Assembly (NCBI GenBank): GCA_023231475.1
Contig: JALJEE010002326.1
Span: 1 to 64,000 of the forward strand
Reading direction: 5' to 3'
DNA: 64,000 nt
Origin: Seison nebaliae
Taxonomy: Eukaryota
Numbering within the stretch: the first letter of the stretch is position 1; each line of letters opens with the position of its first letter. The notes under the pieces are model-generated. The model did no database searches. It saw only the letters and a list, made by a program, of their open reading frames with translations, and was not told the DNA's origin. Of the stretch, positions 28,101 through 40,759 are shown one piece after another. The position numbers and the translations under genes were made by a program.

Positions 28101-31100
28101 CTGTTATCGTTCCCTATGATAAGAAATTATCACCGATTCAAACCAAATCGGTTTGTGTAGGCGATTTCAGCTTTTTAAGATCGCCATCATCGAACTACGT
28201 GATTGTAATAAGAGATTCATCTGTTGGTTATACGAAAGAGAAACGTTGTGTTTCAAAAGATGGTGACTGTTCGAAACCTTCGTCGAAAGTGGATGGAATC
28301 TGTGGTGGAAAACGTTTATGTTTACCTGGATTAATTCATGAACAAATATCACTTTGTAGCCAAATTGCAACATATGTCCAATATACTTATCAATTCTTGC
28401 CAAGTTATAGTGTTTTTCTTAAATTTTTTTCAATATATTTTAATTAGTTCACTCATCAATAATCGGTGAAAATATTTGTCAAACTTCTTATTTATTCGGG
28501 GAGAGTGGATATATTCAATCACCAAACTATCCCACTTATCCAAATACGAAGCAGAATTGTGTTATCAAATTAACTGGCACTACAAGTAAATTGTATAACA
28601 TTTTTATCATTCAAATGGATTTACCAATTTCTCAAATCAAAACCTCAAAGTTTAATATCTTATTTCTCCAAATATTCCAATTATCAATATTTTTTATCTT
28701 CATTTTTTTTCTTAGTTGTACAAATTCGGATTATATCGAAGTTGATGACGGTTTACAATCGTTAAGGTATTGTAATGAAAGAATCAGTGGGAGTTTTGTT
28801 TTCGAATCTTGTACGAATGTTGTTGAAATAACATTGTCAAGTACAACAAGAACCGATGACGATCAAACGTACAAAGGAATGAGAATTTATTATGAATGTT
28901 TCTTTAATTTCAGTCCCTATTTGAATTTTCTTTTAAATTATCAGCCATCGTAAAACCGCTAAATTGGCAGTGTCAAATGAAGAAGACTTTACCCCCGATA
29001 ATTCAAACTACCACCGCCGCACCATCTTCTGTTAATGACATTAGTTAATTTTTTAAATTACTTACTGATAGATAACAATCGTTATGAAAAATAGAGTCAC
29101 AAAAGAAATTGATTTGTACAAATAACGAAATTCAGAAATTATCTTGCGATCAACCTGATACTTTTATTGCTTTTGAAGCTGCACAATTTGGTGTAAGTAT
29201 AACACATTCCTGTCAACAGAAGTTTAACTCTTTATCATTCTGCTTACTCTCTTGAACGAAAATATAGAAGTACAGATTGTTATTTTGAAGCGAGTTATGT
29301 GGAAAATACTTGTGGCGGGTTAAACAAATGTCAGTTTTATGCTAAGAAGAAATTTAGTAATTCATGTAACAATACTGCTGATTATTTGTATCTCAGATAT
29401 TTATGTGTTCCACGTTAGTAGCACTAGAACTTTTTTTTTTAAATCAAAGATTTAAATTACTTAAAAAAAACCCCAAGTAAAGTAAATATCGAAAATGAAA
29501 TTAGCGCCGATCTGTGCTAATTTAATAATTTCAATTTTTTATAATAGAAAGCTTTCAACAAAAAACTACTTTGTGTAGTGCACAAGAAACCATATTAAAT
29601 GGTGTTGGCACCATCGAATTAAATGGAGCGAACACTGGTTGTACACATAAATTTAAATCGAATAATCTCCAACAGAAAATTCAGATTATTTCTTATCGCA
29701 TCATCTTACCATATCCCAGTTTCTCTACGTTCAAGTTGGATTTTCTTTTAATTATTCAGTTCTGTAAACTTTGTGCTTTAGATGCAAAGCGAATACTGCG
29801 ATGAGTTTAACCGACGGTCTGGTGAAGGAAGAATATTGTGGACATGTTCGCGGAAAAATTTTGATGAACACTTGTGAAAATGAATTTTCAATTACAATTC
29901 CTCAACTTTCGGCAAATTACAAAATTAAACTCATTTATGTAAGTTAGTCTGATAAACTTTTATTTATATTTATGTTTAAATATTTTCCATTTTAACAATA
30001 AATCATTTCAGCATTTCAACGTTCTCCCACTGATACATGTAAGGTAAGTGGGCAAACTATTACTACATCTTCTCCAGGACAATTACCTGGATATGCGACG
30101 TTTAAGCGAGCATCGGATCTACTAATCAAAACTGTCTGTCGCACAAAATTCATTGACGTGGCATCTTGTCCAACCAATTATATGATCTCCGTTTTTTCAT
30201 CTGTTTATAGAAGAACAAACCAAAGTTTATTTTCTAATAACAGTTTCTTCTTATTTATAAATGTATTTAGTTTGTGGTAATGGTGGCGATGAATGTACTA
30301 GACCTACTGATGATGGAAATAAATATTGTACATCTCAAAGCTGTACATTGATGTTCGGTTCCTCTTCCTTAAATTTGATGGGATGCGCACAATCTCCAAA
30401 TGATCAGACACATGTTGTTGCAAATACAATGACTACAAAATATCATTGTGTACCACAACCATCAATTGGTGATATTCTTAGTAATGAATGTCAAGGGACG
30501 AAAGAAATATCCGTCTATAAAGGTTTGAAAATTCATAGAATTTTTCTTTTTTAACTTGAAAATTAATTTGATATATTTCTTAAGGTTTCATCGTAAATAA
30601 ACAAGATGCTTCTTGTACAATAAAAATTAAGAATTCCTTACAAAAAAGTATTCACATATGGCTATTAAGTAGTAGTTTACCTGATGCTGATACTACTGGG
30701 TAGTTTCCATTTTCCTACTTCTCTCCGTATGATTTTTTAGAAAGTGTATCAAAGAACAAGTGAAGATTTCCCAGACTTCCGGTATCGATCAAGTACTATG
30801 TGGAGAAGTGACAAAACCAATTCTGATAGTCTCCACAAAAAGTCAATATGTTCAAGTTAATTTTGATAGTAGTATGGTCAATCGTGCGAGTGGAAGTAAT
30901 ACGTTCGAAATGTATTATGAAAGTTATAAAGAATATTTTCCTATTTTTCATTTTTTTTAATCATCAGTTAATGGAAATGGAGTTCTGACAACAACTACTG
31001 AAATATCTACAACTTCCACTTCCACAACCACCACTAAAAGAATAATTCTTGCAACAACAACCAAACCACAGTGGCATAAAAGTTAGTATAGTGTGTTATT

Positions 31101-31554
31101 TTCACGAAAGAATTTCTCGAACTTATTCTAATCAGAAAAGAAGAATATTGGAGGAATCGTTTTTCTTGTACTCTTCATTTTAGCTTTAGCTGGATTTGTT
31201 GCAATGGCATTATATCGAAAATTGTTTTACTTTATAATTTCGAACAAAAAATTCCTAAATTTATTTCGTAGTATACAAAATCAACAACCGATTCCACCAG
31301 TTATGGTCGATTATACTAATCGAGCTTGGATATTCACAAGATCCACCGTTAATTCTACTTATACGTTCGGTCGCGACAAATGGACTCAATATAGAAATAA
31401 TAAAACTGTTGCAAATATTAATAACAATAACGCAACACCACAACCAACAACAACAACTAATTCGAACGACAAACCCGTACCAGAAATGGATATTATGCGG
31501 AATGTAACATACTCAAAGAAAGATGATAAATCAGCTGATGATTATCCTTTTTAA
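25198..31554 (+). CDS. Large type I membrane protein with about 6 alternating SUEL/rhamnose-lectin-like + CUB-like units, Thr/Pro linkers, one TM and a short tail; about 26 exons
   Basis: Signal peptide MVDFTRIHHSIICTIIFLILTCKSID. Recurring lectin-like motifs (YG..C...DC..C.G...C..Y..v.Y.cVP) alternate with CUB motifs (GYIQSPNYPTYPNTKQNC; DYIEVDDG..YC; GMRIYYE). TM GGIVFLVLFILALAGFVAMALY at about 31150-31215. Confidence 0.8.
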
Positions 31555-31699
31555 AGTTTCAAGGAGATTTTTCATAATTAAAATAATTTTTATTCATCCA
31601 AATTCAAATTCATTAATTATATCTCATTCAATTTTTTTAAAATAATTCATCTTTTCATAAGAAGGATGATTGGAAAGGAAAAGATAAAATTAAAAAAAA

Positions 31700-34089
31700 T
31701 CAACGACGATAATGTCTCGTTCGATGTTTCATCATAGGATTTGAACGACGAAACGTCGTCAACTGTTCACCGTTCTCTAATTGTATTATTGGAGGTAGAC
31801 ATTCCTGAATTTCGACTTCTTTCGTTTCATTATTAATTTTAAATTCATTCTCCCGATTTTTTTTCTCTTGTTTCTTCACCGCTTCCGTTATCTCTTCTTG
31901 TTTCTTATCGATCTGATAATTCTCTTCAATATTCTTCAACAATTGACGTCTTAATTTCTCCTTCTCTAATTTCACCATTAATTTTCCATCATCTTTCGTT
32001 GAAACATTTTTTGTTGGTGTTTCATCTATTTTCTCTTTTTCATTTTCCGAAGATGATGATGATAATGATGATAATGATGATACATTATTAATCTGATCTT
32101 GTCGACACATCATAATTGTCGTCGAAGTACATGACGATGAAAGATTGACATGTCCCGATTTTTGAATTCTTGAACATTTTATCGGAGAAACTGATTGACG
32201 TCGAATACGATTCTTAAAATTAAATAATTGTTCGATAGTTTTATTATCAGTAATTGATGTCTTTTTCGGTTGATCAAGGAAATTAATTCTACTAATAATT
32301 TTCTTCTCATTATCAGAAGTTTTTACTTCTATTCGTTTCTTTTTTCTTCTCCCTCGACAATTCTTCGATGAGGAACTATAAGAAGATGTCGATGATGATG
32401 TTCGATGTCGATGTTTAATCTCAATTCTCGTTTTACCATAATTACGATGAGATGGTGGACTTCTTCTTGATCTTCTTCGTCTCATTCTTTCTCGACTCTC
32501 ACTTCTTCCACTATGGTTACTACTACTAGTTGAAATATATCTCTTATTTCTTCGACGATATTTTCTTCTGGAACTTCTTGACGATGCAGATGAAGAAGTT
32601 GAAGAGAATGAAGATGATCTAGTTCTTGATCGATTTTTATCATTCTGACGATTAATCTCATTCATTAACTCAATTTCTTCTCTACTTAAACCGTCCAGAT
32701 CATCGTTCTTTTTTGTTGACGAATTATCATCTAAAATATAATTCAATGGAGAATTACATACATTTCTCACATCATGTTTCGATCGAATACGACGTCGATG
32801 GCGGCGTCGTGTTTTTTGTTGGAACGATTGATCTTGTTGTTCATTCATTTCAACCAAACGTTCTTTCGCTTTTCTCTCCATTTCATTCTTTTGTTTGATT
32901 TCATGGCGAATATTGCGGAGATAATGACGTAAACGAATTCCATAATCATGACAAATGTCTTCCGATCGATATTCTTTCTTATATGCCAATTTCTCATCGT
33001 TCTTATATGACGTTTCTTCTACGTAATTGTCAAAATTATAATCGTCATTCAAATAATTTTCGTCAATCTCATGATTCGCCGGAAGAATCGGAGTATTCTC
33101 ATAAACGAATTCCACTTCATTTTGTTTCTCTTCTCTTTTCAATTTTTTCCTTCAAAATATTCTCAAATAAAATTCAAAATTTTAAATAATAAAGAAAACT
33201 TTTTATGATAAACAATCTTATCATTTTCATTATAATCGTTCAATCGATTAAGATATTCCTCTTCATCAACTTCAATTAAGTTTGAAAAAATTTAAATAAA
33301 AAAAATTATATGGAAATTTTAACCATTTCGTAATTCATTATGAATTATCGTCCGATATCTTTCATAATTACATTTACGATAATTCTCTTCATCCAAAACA
33401 TCATAATCTTTCACCGTTCCTTTCAATTCTCCACCTTCTGAAGTTATTTGTAAGAGTTCTGATCGTACATCAAATCGATCGATGAGAATCGTTTCATCCG
33501 CACACCATTTAGTTCTTTAATAAAGTGAAAGTAAAAAAATGTATAAATTTCAAAAATATTTTTCATAATGAGATATCGAAGAAAACGAGATATATGTTCA
33601 AAAAGAAACAAAATAAAATTAAGAAACGCAATTCATCATCATTTGATTGTTTTTTGTGGAAATATATTTTATTGAAATTGTGTTGAAGGAGACACATGTC
33701 TTATTCATTTCACGACGAGACACATGAGAAAAACAAGATCGTGTCATGTTGTTTAAATTTGCATGAAAATTTTAAGAATTAAAAAAATAACAATAAGCTT
33801 TCAGGCGGTTCACTTATCTTCATTGTAATGGGAATACTTTTGGAAATGATTTGAAGTGAATTAGATGACTGCCTTTGCTTTCTCTACGAGTCAATTAAAA
33901 TTCGATTAGTTTTTTTTTGTTTTTTTGAAGAATTGAAAAAAGAAAAGATTTATAAGAATTGTTCCAATAAATCATTTCATTTAAATTCCGTCGTATTATT
34001 AGTACAAAAAGAAAAAAACTGACAATTTTCTCCAAATATTCCTGTTTTCGTTTCAAACTATTTGAATGATCTTTTCTATTCTGCATCAT
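31700..34089 (-). CDS. CLASRP: CLASRP/SFRS16-like SR-rich splicing regulator (SWAP-type DRY_EERY N-terminal domain), about 5 exons
   Basis: Upstream exons encode LKRKQEYLEKI, W.ADETILIDRFDVRS and CNYERYRTIIHNE. The terminal exon has Arg/Ser-rich tracts and EKLRRQLLKNI. Confidence 0.75.
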
Positions 34090-34560
34090 TTCCACATCAA
34101 TAAAATGGTTTTATGACAATGATATCCAATTAATTCAATTCTTTACCGGATTAATAGAACTTCTTAATTAAAGAATTTAAAGCTTAAAATTTGAATCCGT
34201 TTCAATAATTTCAAACACTTTTTTCAGAGATTTAAACAGTTTAATTAGAATTTGAATATTTTCGCCGTTCCTCGCAAGACAAGAGTTGAAGCTAAAAATT
34301 TATATCTAACGAATGTTTAATGATTCATTGAAAATGGAAATTTTCGAAGGAGAAAACAGATCTCTCATTTGAACTAGTTTAAATTACTTCATTCCTGGAA
34401 AACGGTTTTTTTCAGTATTTTCAATATTTTTGTGTTTCTGATTCGCACGCAACATCTCCACATATAAATATTGAAGATTGACTTCATAACTTCTCTCACT
34501 TTCTTTAGGTCATTTGAAAAGATTTGGGAAAAAAATTATTTTTAAGGATTTCAATTTAAT

Positions 34561-35127
34561 ATGCCGATCAATTATACCGTATGTCCATATGTTCCAAGTC
34601 TAGACTCCAAACTACTCCACAAATGTCCTAGCAACTGTCCCTATCTCCAAATCATTTTACTCAAACGTTCCATCGGCTCCAACACCAATCAATGGGAATC
34701 GTTGGTGAAGGGACTTCCATTTTTTAATTCAATCGCCCGATTATCAGCAAACGAACGGGAAATGGTCATAGGAAATTTAAATACGAATCCAGTACATCAA
34801 CATGAAGTAAATTATTGTCAGATATTGACACATCGATTTAAGATAGCAATTCTCATTCAATCCTATACGTCTCGTATTACTTCATTGGCCTTATGGAAAT
34901 TGGGATATAGAGATCCGGGAAAAACAATTTCGCTCTTGGTCAAATTTGCTGACGGTTCGGAAACGTCGGTCGATTTCAAAGTAATCGATTTCCCAGTAAC
35001 AAATTATTTAATTGAATTCAGTTTGAACAGCTTACCACAATCATTGCAAGACCAATATTCTCATCATAGACAAGTGCATAACAAGATGTTAGTCCACGAA
35101 GACAATCAATCATTATTTGATTCTTAA
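34561..35127 (+). CDS. Hypothetical protein, 188 aa, single exon
   Basis: ATG-initiated 567-nt ORF with globular-like composition, lying between two genes in very AT-rich DNA. No family recognised. Confidence 0.5.
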   Translation: MPINYTVCPYVPSLDSKLLHKCPSNCPYLQIILLKRSIGSNTNQWESLVKGLPFFNSIARLSANEREMVIGNLNTNPVHQHEVNYCQILTHRFKIAILIQSYTSRITSLALWKLGYRDPGKTISLLVKFADGSETSVDFKVIDFPVTNYLIEFSLNSLPQSLQDQYSHHRQVHNKMLVHEDNQSLFDS

Positions 35128-35367
35128 TTAATTAATGGGCAAAACGTTCCATTCATCAAACTATATCGTTTTAGAATTGAGTGCATCTTTTTTATTACCT
35201 TTTGTAAAGACTCATTCCTTGTTAACAAATAAAGTTAATTATTCTTAATGTCAATGAATGACATCTATTTATATAAACATCTGGAACATTTCCACGATTA
35301 ATGACCGTCATTATATTTCTTCCAATCCAACATTTTTCTTTCCAACTAATTTGCTTCGAAAGAAAAA

Positions 35368-36501
35368 ATGAATTACATTCCAAAGAAATTGAAAAATATC
35401 TCCCAAGTTTTCACCAGTCCAACTTTGACACCGATCGAAAAAGTCAAAAGAATTTCTATTTTTGGTTCGACAACAATCACTCTCATCACATCATTGTCAC
35501 TTGTCGGATATTATGGAGGAAGTTAGAAAGTTTGAGAAAAAATAATTTTAGAAATATTTCTTTAAAAATATATAGGAACAAATACAAAATCGATGTGTCG
35601 AAATGAAATTTTTGATAAATGGAAAGATTCCAGTTCGGCTTGTTCTCTTCCTTCAAAACATTTGGAAGGAACGTTGAATAATTCAAAAATTTCATTGAAA
35701 ATTCATAACGAATTTCGTCGTGAATCATCTCTGATTTTTATGTCGTTAATGGTCAGAAATTTCATTTATTCAGACGTTTCTTAAAATTGCTAATTAAAAG
35801 AAATGGGATAAATATTTAGCGACACTTGCAACAGGATTAAGTGAGAGTTGTTCCTTTAAACATGATTCTCATAAGAAACGATATGATCCTAGTTATTTTC
35901 CGATATTTTTTTATTTATTCCTCTATTATCTAAAATCAAGTTAATCCAAGACTCTTGCCTGGACAGAATATTGCTATTGCTCCAATTACGTCCAAGTGGA
36001 GAGATGTAATTGAATTATGGTTATTGGAAGAAAAGAATTTCCGATATGGAACTGGTCGAGTTCTTCAATCCAATTTTATCGAACATTATTCTCAAGTTTA
36101 ATAAGAAAATTAATTTGACAGTTTTTTTGTTAATTCTCTTTAGGTGATGACATCCAGTGCAGTAGTACTTGGTTGTAGTGTAAGTGTTTGTAAAGTGAAA
36201 GGTAAATTGAAAAAATTTTACGTTTGCAATTATCTCAATGGGTTTCTCATTTGTCATTTCATTTCCTTCATCTGAATTCTTCACAGATTAACTCTTGAAA
36301 CATCTAAACGACCTTTCTACTCGACAACGGGCAGAAATCGTTGTGGAAAGTGCAAACATTGTGTGAAGAATTTGTGTTGTTAGGGAATATTTTTTTTAAA
36401 ATTATCACTAATGTTTTTCAGATTGTAATTTAATGGAACTCAGATGTCCAATAGTCAACTATACAAATTGCGAATGTTCGAATAAGAAAACTTTCGAATA
36501 G
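35368..36501 (+). CDS. CAP/SCP (CRISP/GLIPR-like) domain protein with an N-terminal hydrophobic anchor and Cys-rich tail, 7 exons
   Basis: Spliced motifs LKIHNEFRR, KWDKYLATLA..SCSFKHD, GQNIA, VIELWLLEEKNFRYG, EHYSQ-VM, LGCSVSVC..FYVCNY and CGKCKHCVKNLC. Confidence 0.85.
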
Positions 36502-36829
36502 ATAATCGAATGATATAATCGTTTCTAATCTATCACATATAATAAAATAATTTAAATATTAAAGAACTTTAAGAAAAGTTTTAATTGAAAATTTATAAAA
36601 GATATTATCATTGGGCTTTTTTTTATTTAAATGTTATAATAATATTCTAAAAAACTTAAGATTCTTGAAAAAGAATTAACAAGGTAATGCTTCTCTCAAA
36701 CGCGCTATAGAAATTCGTTCGATTGTCAGTCTAAACATGATCCCTAGAATATATCCCACTAATCTGAACGTATGTCTAATGAATTGTTGCTTGATTTGAA
36801 ACCGTTATCTCATTTCCAATTAACGTTCC

Positions 36830-36988
36830 TCATCGGTAAGGACAACTGCATGAACTGGTACATGTAGGACGGGCACATCGTACCACTACGTATCGCTTAA
36901 TCACTGGGCATGGACATGGGCATGGTGGTGGAGGTGAGCAGCATTGAGGAACGCATGATGAACAACGACAGCAATCTGAACAACCCAT
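36830..36988 (-). CDS. 52-aa Cys/Pro-rich microprotein (below the ORF-track cutoff)
   Basis: MGCSDCCRCSSCVPQCCSPPPPCPCPCPVIKRYVVVRCARPTCTSSCSCPYR*, 14 Cys. It is a GC-rich island with an AAAATGG start context, matching other genes in the window. Confidence 0.7.
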   Translation of the reverse strand: MGCSDCCRCSSCVPQCCSPPPPCPCPCPVIKRYVVVRCARPTCTSSCSCPYR

Positions 36989-37589
36989 TTTGATTTGTAA
37001 TGAAAACTAAAAGAAGAATATATAATGAAAGGAAAAAGAAATTAAAACACAAAATGAAAATTTTAGCACGAAATTCTCTCTATTTATGCAAATTTCGTTG
37101 TTCACGAATTGAAACGAAAACAAAAATTGGAATCGAAAATTAGAAATTTTTTAGTTTTGGAAATTGCATTGGATTTTTTTATTTGAATATTCTGTCCTTT
37201 GAAAATTTGTTAATTTATTTGTTGATTCTCTCTATTTGTACTATCGTCTATTGCTATGTTTTCCGGATCACGGAAAAAAATAAATTTCTATCATCACTGT
37301 CATGGTTGTCTACTTTTTGATTTTTTCTTATTCCATTTTTTTAACTAAAATTCGAACAACGGTGATTTCGTCACCCTTAGATTTGCTCACCATTTTTTCC
37401 AGATTCGGACAGTTCGTGTATTTATTTCATTGTCATTCGTCAATTAAAGATTATCAATACAATTTGCCGAGTAGAATTATTAAACATGTCAAAAAGGAAG
37501 GATCATTACTATGCCATTATTTTTCATAAATATTTTTAAAACTTGAGAGAGAGTGTGAAATATAGTACAAGTAAACCTGATCCGACCTT

Positions 37590-37940
37590 ATTGGATAAAA
37601 ATCATACAACTGTCAATGATCTATCGAATAATAAAGTCGAACTGCTGTTGAAAGATTCCACGATTGTTCGAATAAAAATGAATGGACGCATTGGAAACGA
37701 ATATGCAATCAATAAAGGCATACGTTAAGGTATTTGGGAAAATACCTGACGATTTAATAATTCCTTGCAATAACCTATTCTCGTTTTCACAGGAAAACTA
37801 TAATTATCCGGCAGTTCTTGCATATGCTGATGAGCCATCCTCGCAAACTCATTAAAAAAACTTGAAAACGGTTTGTGAGAATAATGAGCCAGTGCGAAAT
37901 TGAATGTAACACCAGAAAGTCCAAAGTCCTAACTAATTGA
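37590..37940 (+). pseudogene. Degenerate non-LTR retrotransposon (LINE) reverse transcriptase fragment
   Basis: VRIKMNGRIGNEYAINKGIR*G corresponds to GvRQG with a CAA>TAA change. It is followed by VLAYADE (the YADD motif) at about 37814-37834 and a frameshifted LNV..RKSKV segment. Confidence 0.7.
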
Positions 37941-38061
37941 TAATCGTCCGAAGTCTTCCTCTTACATTGACAAAATCAGATCCAAATTTATTCGCATCAA
38001 TCTCATTTTCCATACAGTCCATACACTCTATGGGTACCCGGGTAATTCTCAATTCTCAAGA

Positions 38062-38144
38062 GGGTTGATATCTGTTCAAAATGAGGTTTGAGAATTGTCC
38101 TTTTTAGAAGGAAAATCAAAACGTTGAGAACTGCCCCCCAATCA
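38062..38144 (+). repeat. Second, shorter copy of the GGTTGAGAACTGTCC repeat family
   Basis: GGGTTGATATCTGTTC, GTTTGAGAATTGTCC and CGTTGAGAACTGCCCCCCAATCA; compare 577-840. Confidence 0.7.
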
Positions 38145-39003
38145 TTTTATGGATAGAGCATATAATAGGTGTTGTCGCATTTTATTCGGATGTAAACGTC
38201 CATTCAATCACTCGTTTATGTTCTGTCTAATGGGTAATACCATTGGGTATCCCTCCTTTTTCATTGTTAATCGTTAAGAGGTATTTATCTCCTCTTTTTC
38301 TATTCCAACTAACAATTTTTCTTCCCTTATTGATTTTCTTTACGCCTTGCACTATGTAGATTCCGCGTTTTAATACTAAAAAAATTTTTTAAATATATTA
38401 ATAAAAGCTAATAAATAATTCTAAATAAAGTTAGAACTGTTAGAAAGCAGACTCCATCCAAATATTTTAAAGGAAATGATAAATCCTATTAAATATCTTA
38501 ATAGAATTCGATCGAATTGTGATACTACGAAAATAACGTTCAAATTGATCCTTATGCGAATTATTCATAAGTCATTTGTAGAAGTTACTTAACAATAAAT
38601 ATTCTTTATCACATTCCGCACAATATTTGCGATAGACACTGAATTTTCATAACTGTAAGACATTCGTAATCATTAATTTGGCAGATTGATTACTGTAATC
38701 ATTTTATTCAATAGAATCTCATATTCTCATGCAATTGCAGTATTCTTCCTAATTTAATTAAAATTAGGATCTCTTGAACCACCACAATTTTATCGTTGAT
38801 AATTTAGTTTTCACTTGATTAATCATTTTTCCATTTCTTCATTCAAATATCATAATTATTCTTATTCTCGTCTCTATTTCCTTCATTTCCATATTTTAGC
38901 TAACGGGACAATGATTGACTTGAACAGATGGATATTATATTTATAATGATATTACAGATGGAAAATAAGGAAGATTTGATAGTTTTACATCGTCAACTTT
39001 TAT

Positions 39004-40167
39004 TTATTTATATTCAAGTAAATGTTGATATAGATATTCGTCGTCGAATTTCAATCGAACAGAATTCAACATATTAAAAATCAATGTCGAATCAATGAGT
39101 AACTGATGTAATGGTGAGAATGTACCAAATTTGGAACCAATTCGATGATCAACTATTCGATCCTGTTGATAATTGTAAGTTCGTATTTTATCGGATCTCA
39201 TCGATTCGGCTATTTGAGTTTTCCTTTGTGATTTTCTCTCACTCTCTTCCTTCTCAAACTGAATGTTGATCAATCGGATTTTCAATGCATTAATCGCATC
39301 GCGTCGATTTAAAACTTGTGATCGTTCACATTGACGTTCGACAACAACACCCGTCGGTTTATGAGTAACTCGAACAGCTGTATTCGTTTTATTTACATGT
39401 TGTCCACCTGCCCCTGACGATTTGTACACGTCGAACTTTAACTCATTTTCATTGAGGAGAAATTCATCCAAATAATTCTGATTCCAATGAGGTAGAATAG
39501 CAACAGTTGCCGTTGATGTATGCATTCGTCCTCCTTTCTCCGTTAAAGGAATTCGTTGAACTCGATGAATTCCTGATTCATTTGTCAATAATCGATTGAT
39601 TGATTGTTGAGTAGATGAATGGATTATCAACGAACAAAACTTTATTCCTTTCAAATCAGTTCGATCTAATCGAACAATTTCATAATAACAATTCAAATGA
39701 ATTAATAAATGCTTATACATTTCAAATAATTCAGTAGCGAATAATGCCGCTTCCTGACCACCGATACCTGAACGGATTTCCATTTCAATTTTATCGAAAT
39801 CCTTCTCATTTTGTTGAATTATATAAATTTGGAAATCAGAATAAAACTTCTTTCTTTTCGAATCGAATTTATCCATTTCTACATTCAAATCATTCACACA
39901 TATCATCCGAAATTCATCATCATCCATCTCTTCCGCTTCATTCACCAATCGTTTTAATTGTTCACTATTCTCTTCCAATAAATATAATTCATTTAATTGC
40001 GGTGTTAATGTTTTGAAACGATTGAAAGATCTATTTTGAAAATTCTTCTCGAAAACTTCATCTAAATTTTGAAGGAATTTATCCTCATGCAATTTCGTAC
40101 TATGATCCGGTATCCATTTATGGTTCCTAATGTGTTGATGGAAAATCCTCTTCCATGTTCTCAACAT
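39004..40167 (-). CDS. MTRF1L: Mitochondrial class I peptide chain release factor (RF1-type), intronless
   Basis: EIRSGIGGQEAALFA, ESGIHRVQRIPLTEKGGRMHTSTATVAILP (PxT motif), SSGAGGQHVNKT (GGQ motif), RSDKIRTYNYQQDRIVDHRI, and a basic presequence-like N-terminus. Confidence 0.92.
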   Translation of the reverse strand: MLRTWKRIFHQHIRNHKWIPDHSTKLHEDKFLQNLDEVFEKNFQNRSFNRFKTLTPQLNELYLLEENSEQLKRLVNEAEEMDDDEFRMICVNDLNVEMDKFDSKRKKFYSDFQIYIIQQNEKDFDKIEMEIRSGIGGQEAALFATELFEMYKHLLIHLNCYYEIVRLDRTDLKGIKFCSLIIHSSTQQSINRLLTNESGIHRVQRIPLTEKGGRMHTSTATVAILPHWNQNYLDEFLLNENELKFDVYKSSGAGGQHVNKTNTAVRVTHKPTGVVVERQCERSQVLNRRDAINALKIRLINIQFEKEESERKSQRKTQIAESMRSDKIRTYNYQQDRIVDHRIGSKFGTFSPLHQLLIDSTLIFNMLNSVRLKFDDEYLYQHLLEYK

Positions 40168-40759
40168 TTCAATAAGCTATAAATTTCGATGGTCATCCTT
40201 CGGTTTAAAATTACCTAGAAACTTATAAAAGATTTTATCTAGTTCGATCGGAGATTAAAAAATTGAAAAATATTTTGGCTACTTTTAGATAGCCAATATT
40301 TTCCTCTATGGAAACTTTCTTCACTTTTCTAAATCTTCTTTTCCCGCAGTTGAATTGGAAAGTTAATTTTAAACGTTATAGTTTCAATGTCATTGTTTTT
40401 AAACGGAATAAGCCGATCCGATTGTAAACATGTTAAAACTTATAAAATGAACTTTTCCTTTCCTTTTCCTAATTTATATCTGATTTTCGATGTCTGATGC
40501 AACTTTAAAAAATTATTAAATTAGTAATTAGTTGAATATAAAACAAAAAAAGGATATTGGTGCAAAAAAAGCTGGCAAGACGAAGATTTAGTAATTAACA
40601 AACCAATTAGTTTTGATGACTTTTAATCAATTGATGGAAATCAAATCTCGAACTGTAAAATAATCAAAATTACGCTTGAATTATGTGACTAGAAATTTAT
40701 CAATTACTAGGACTTTTTTCAATTAATTTCGATATTATTTTAGTAACTTGAATATTTAT

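Noticed and set aside
39004..40167. Horizontally acquired bacterial prfA
   Set aside because: The N-terminal presequence-like extension and host-like base composition fit the ordinary nuclear-encoded mitochondrial release factor.
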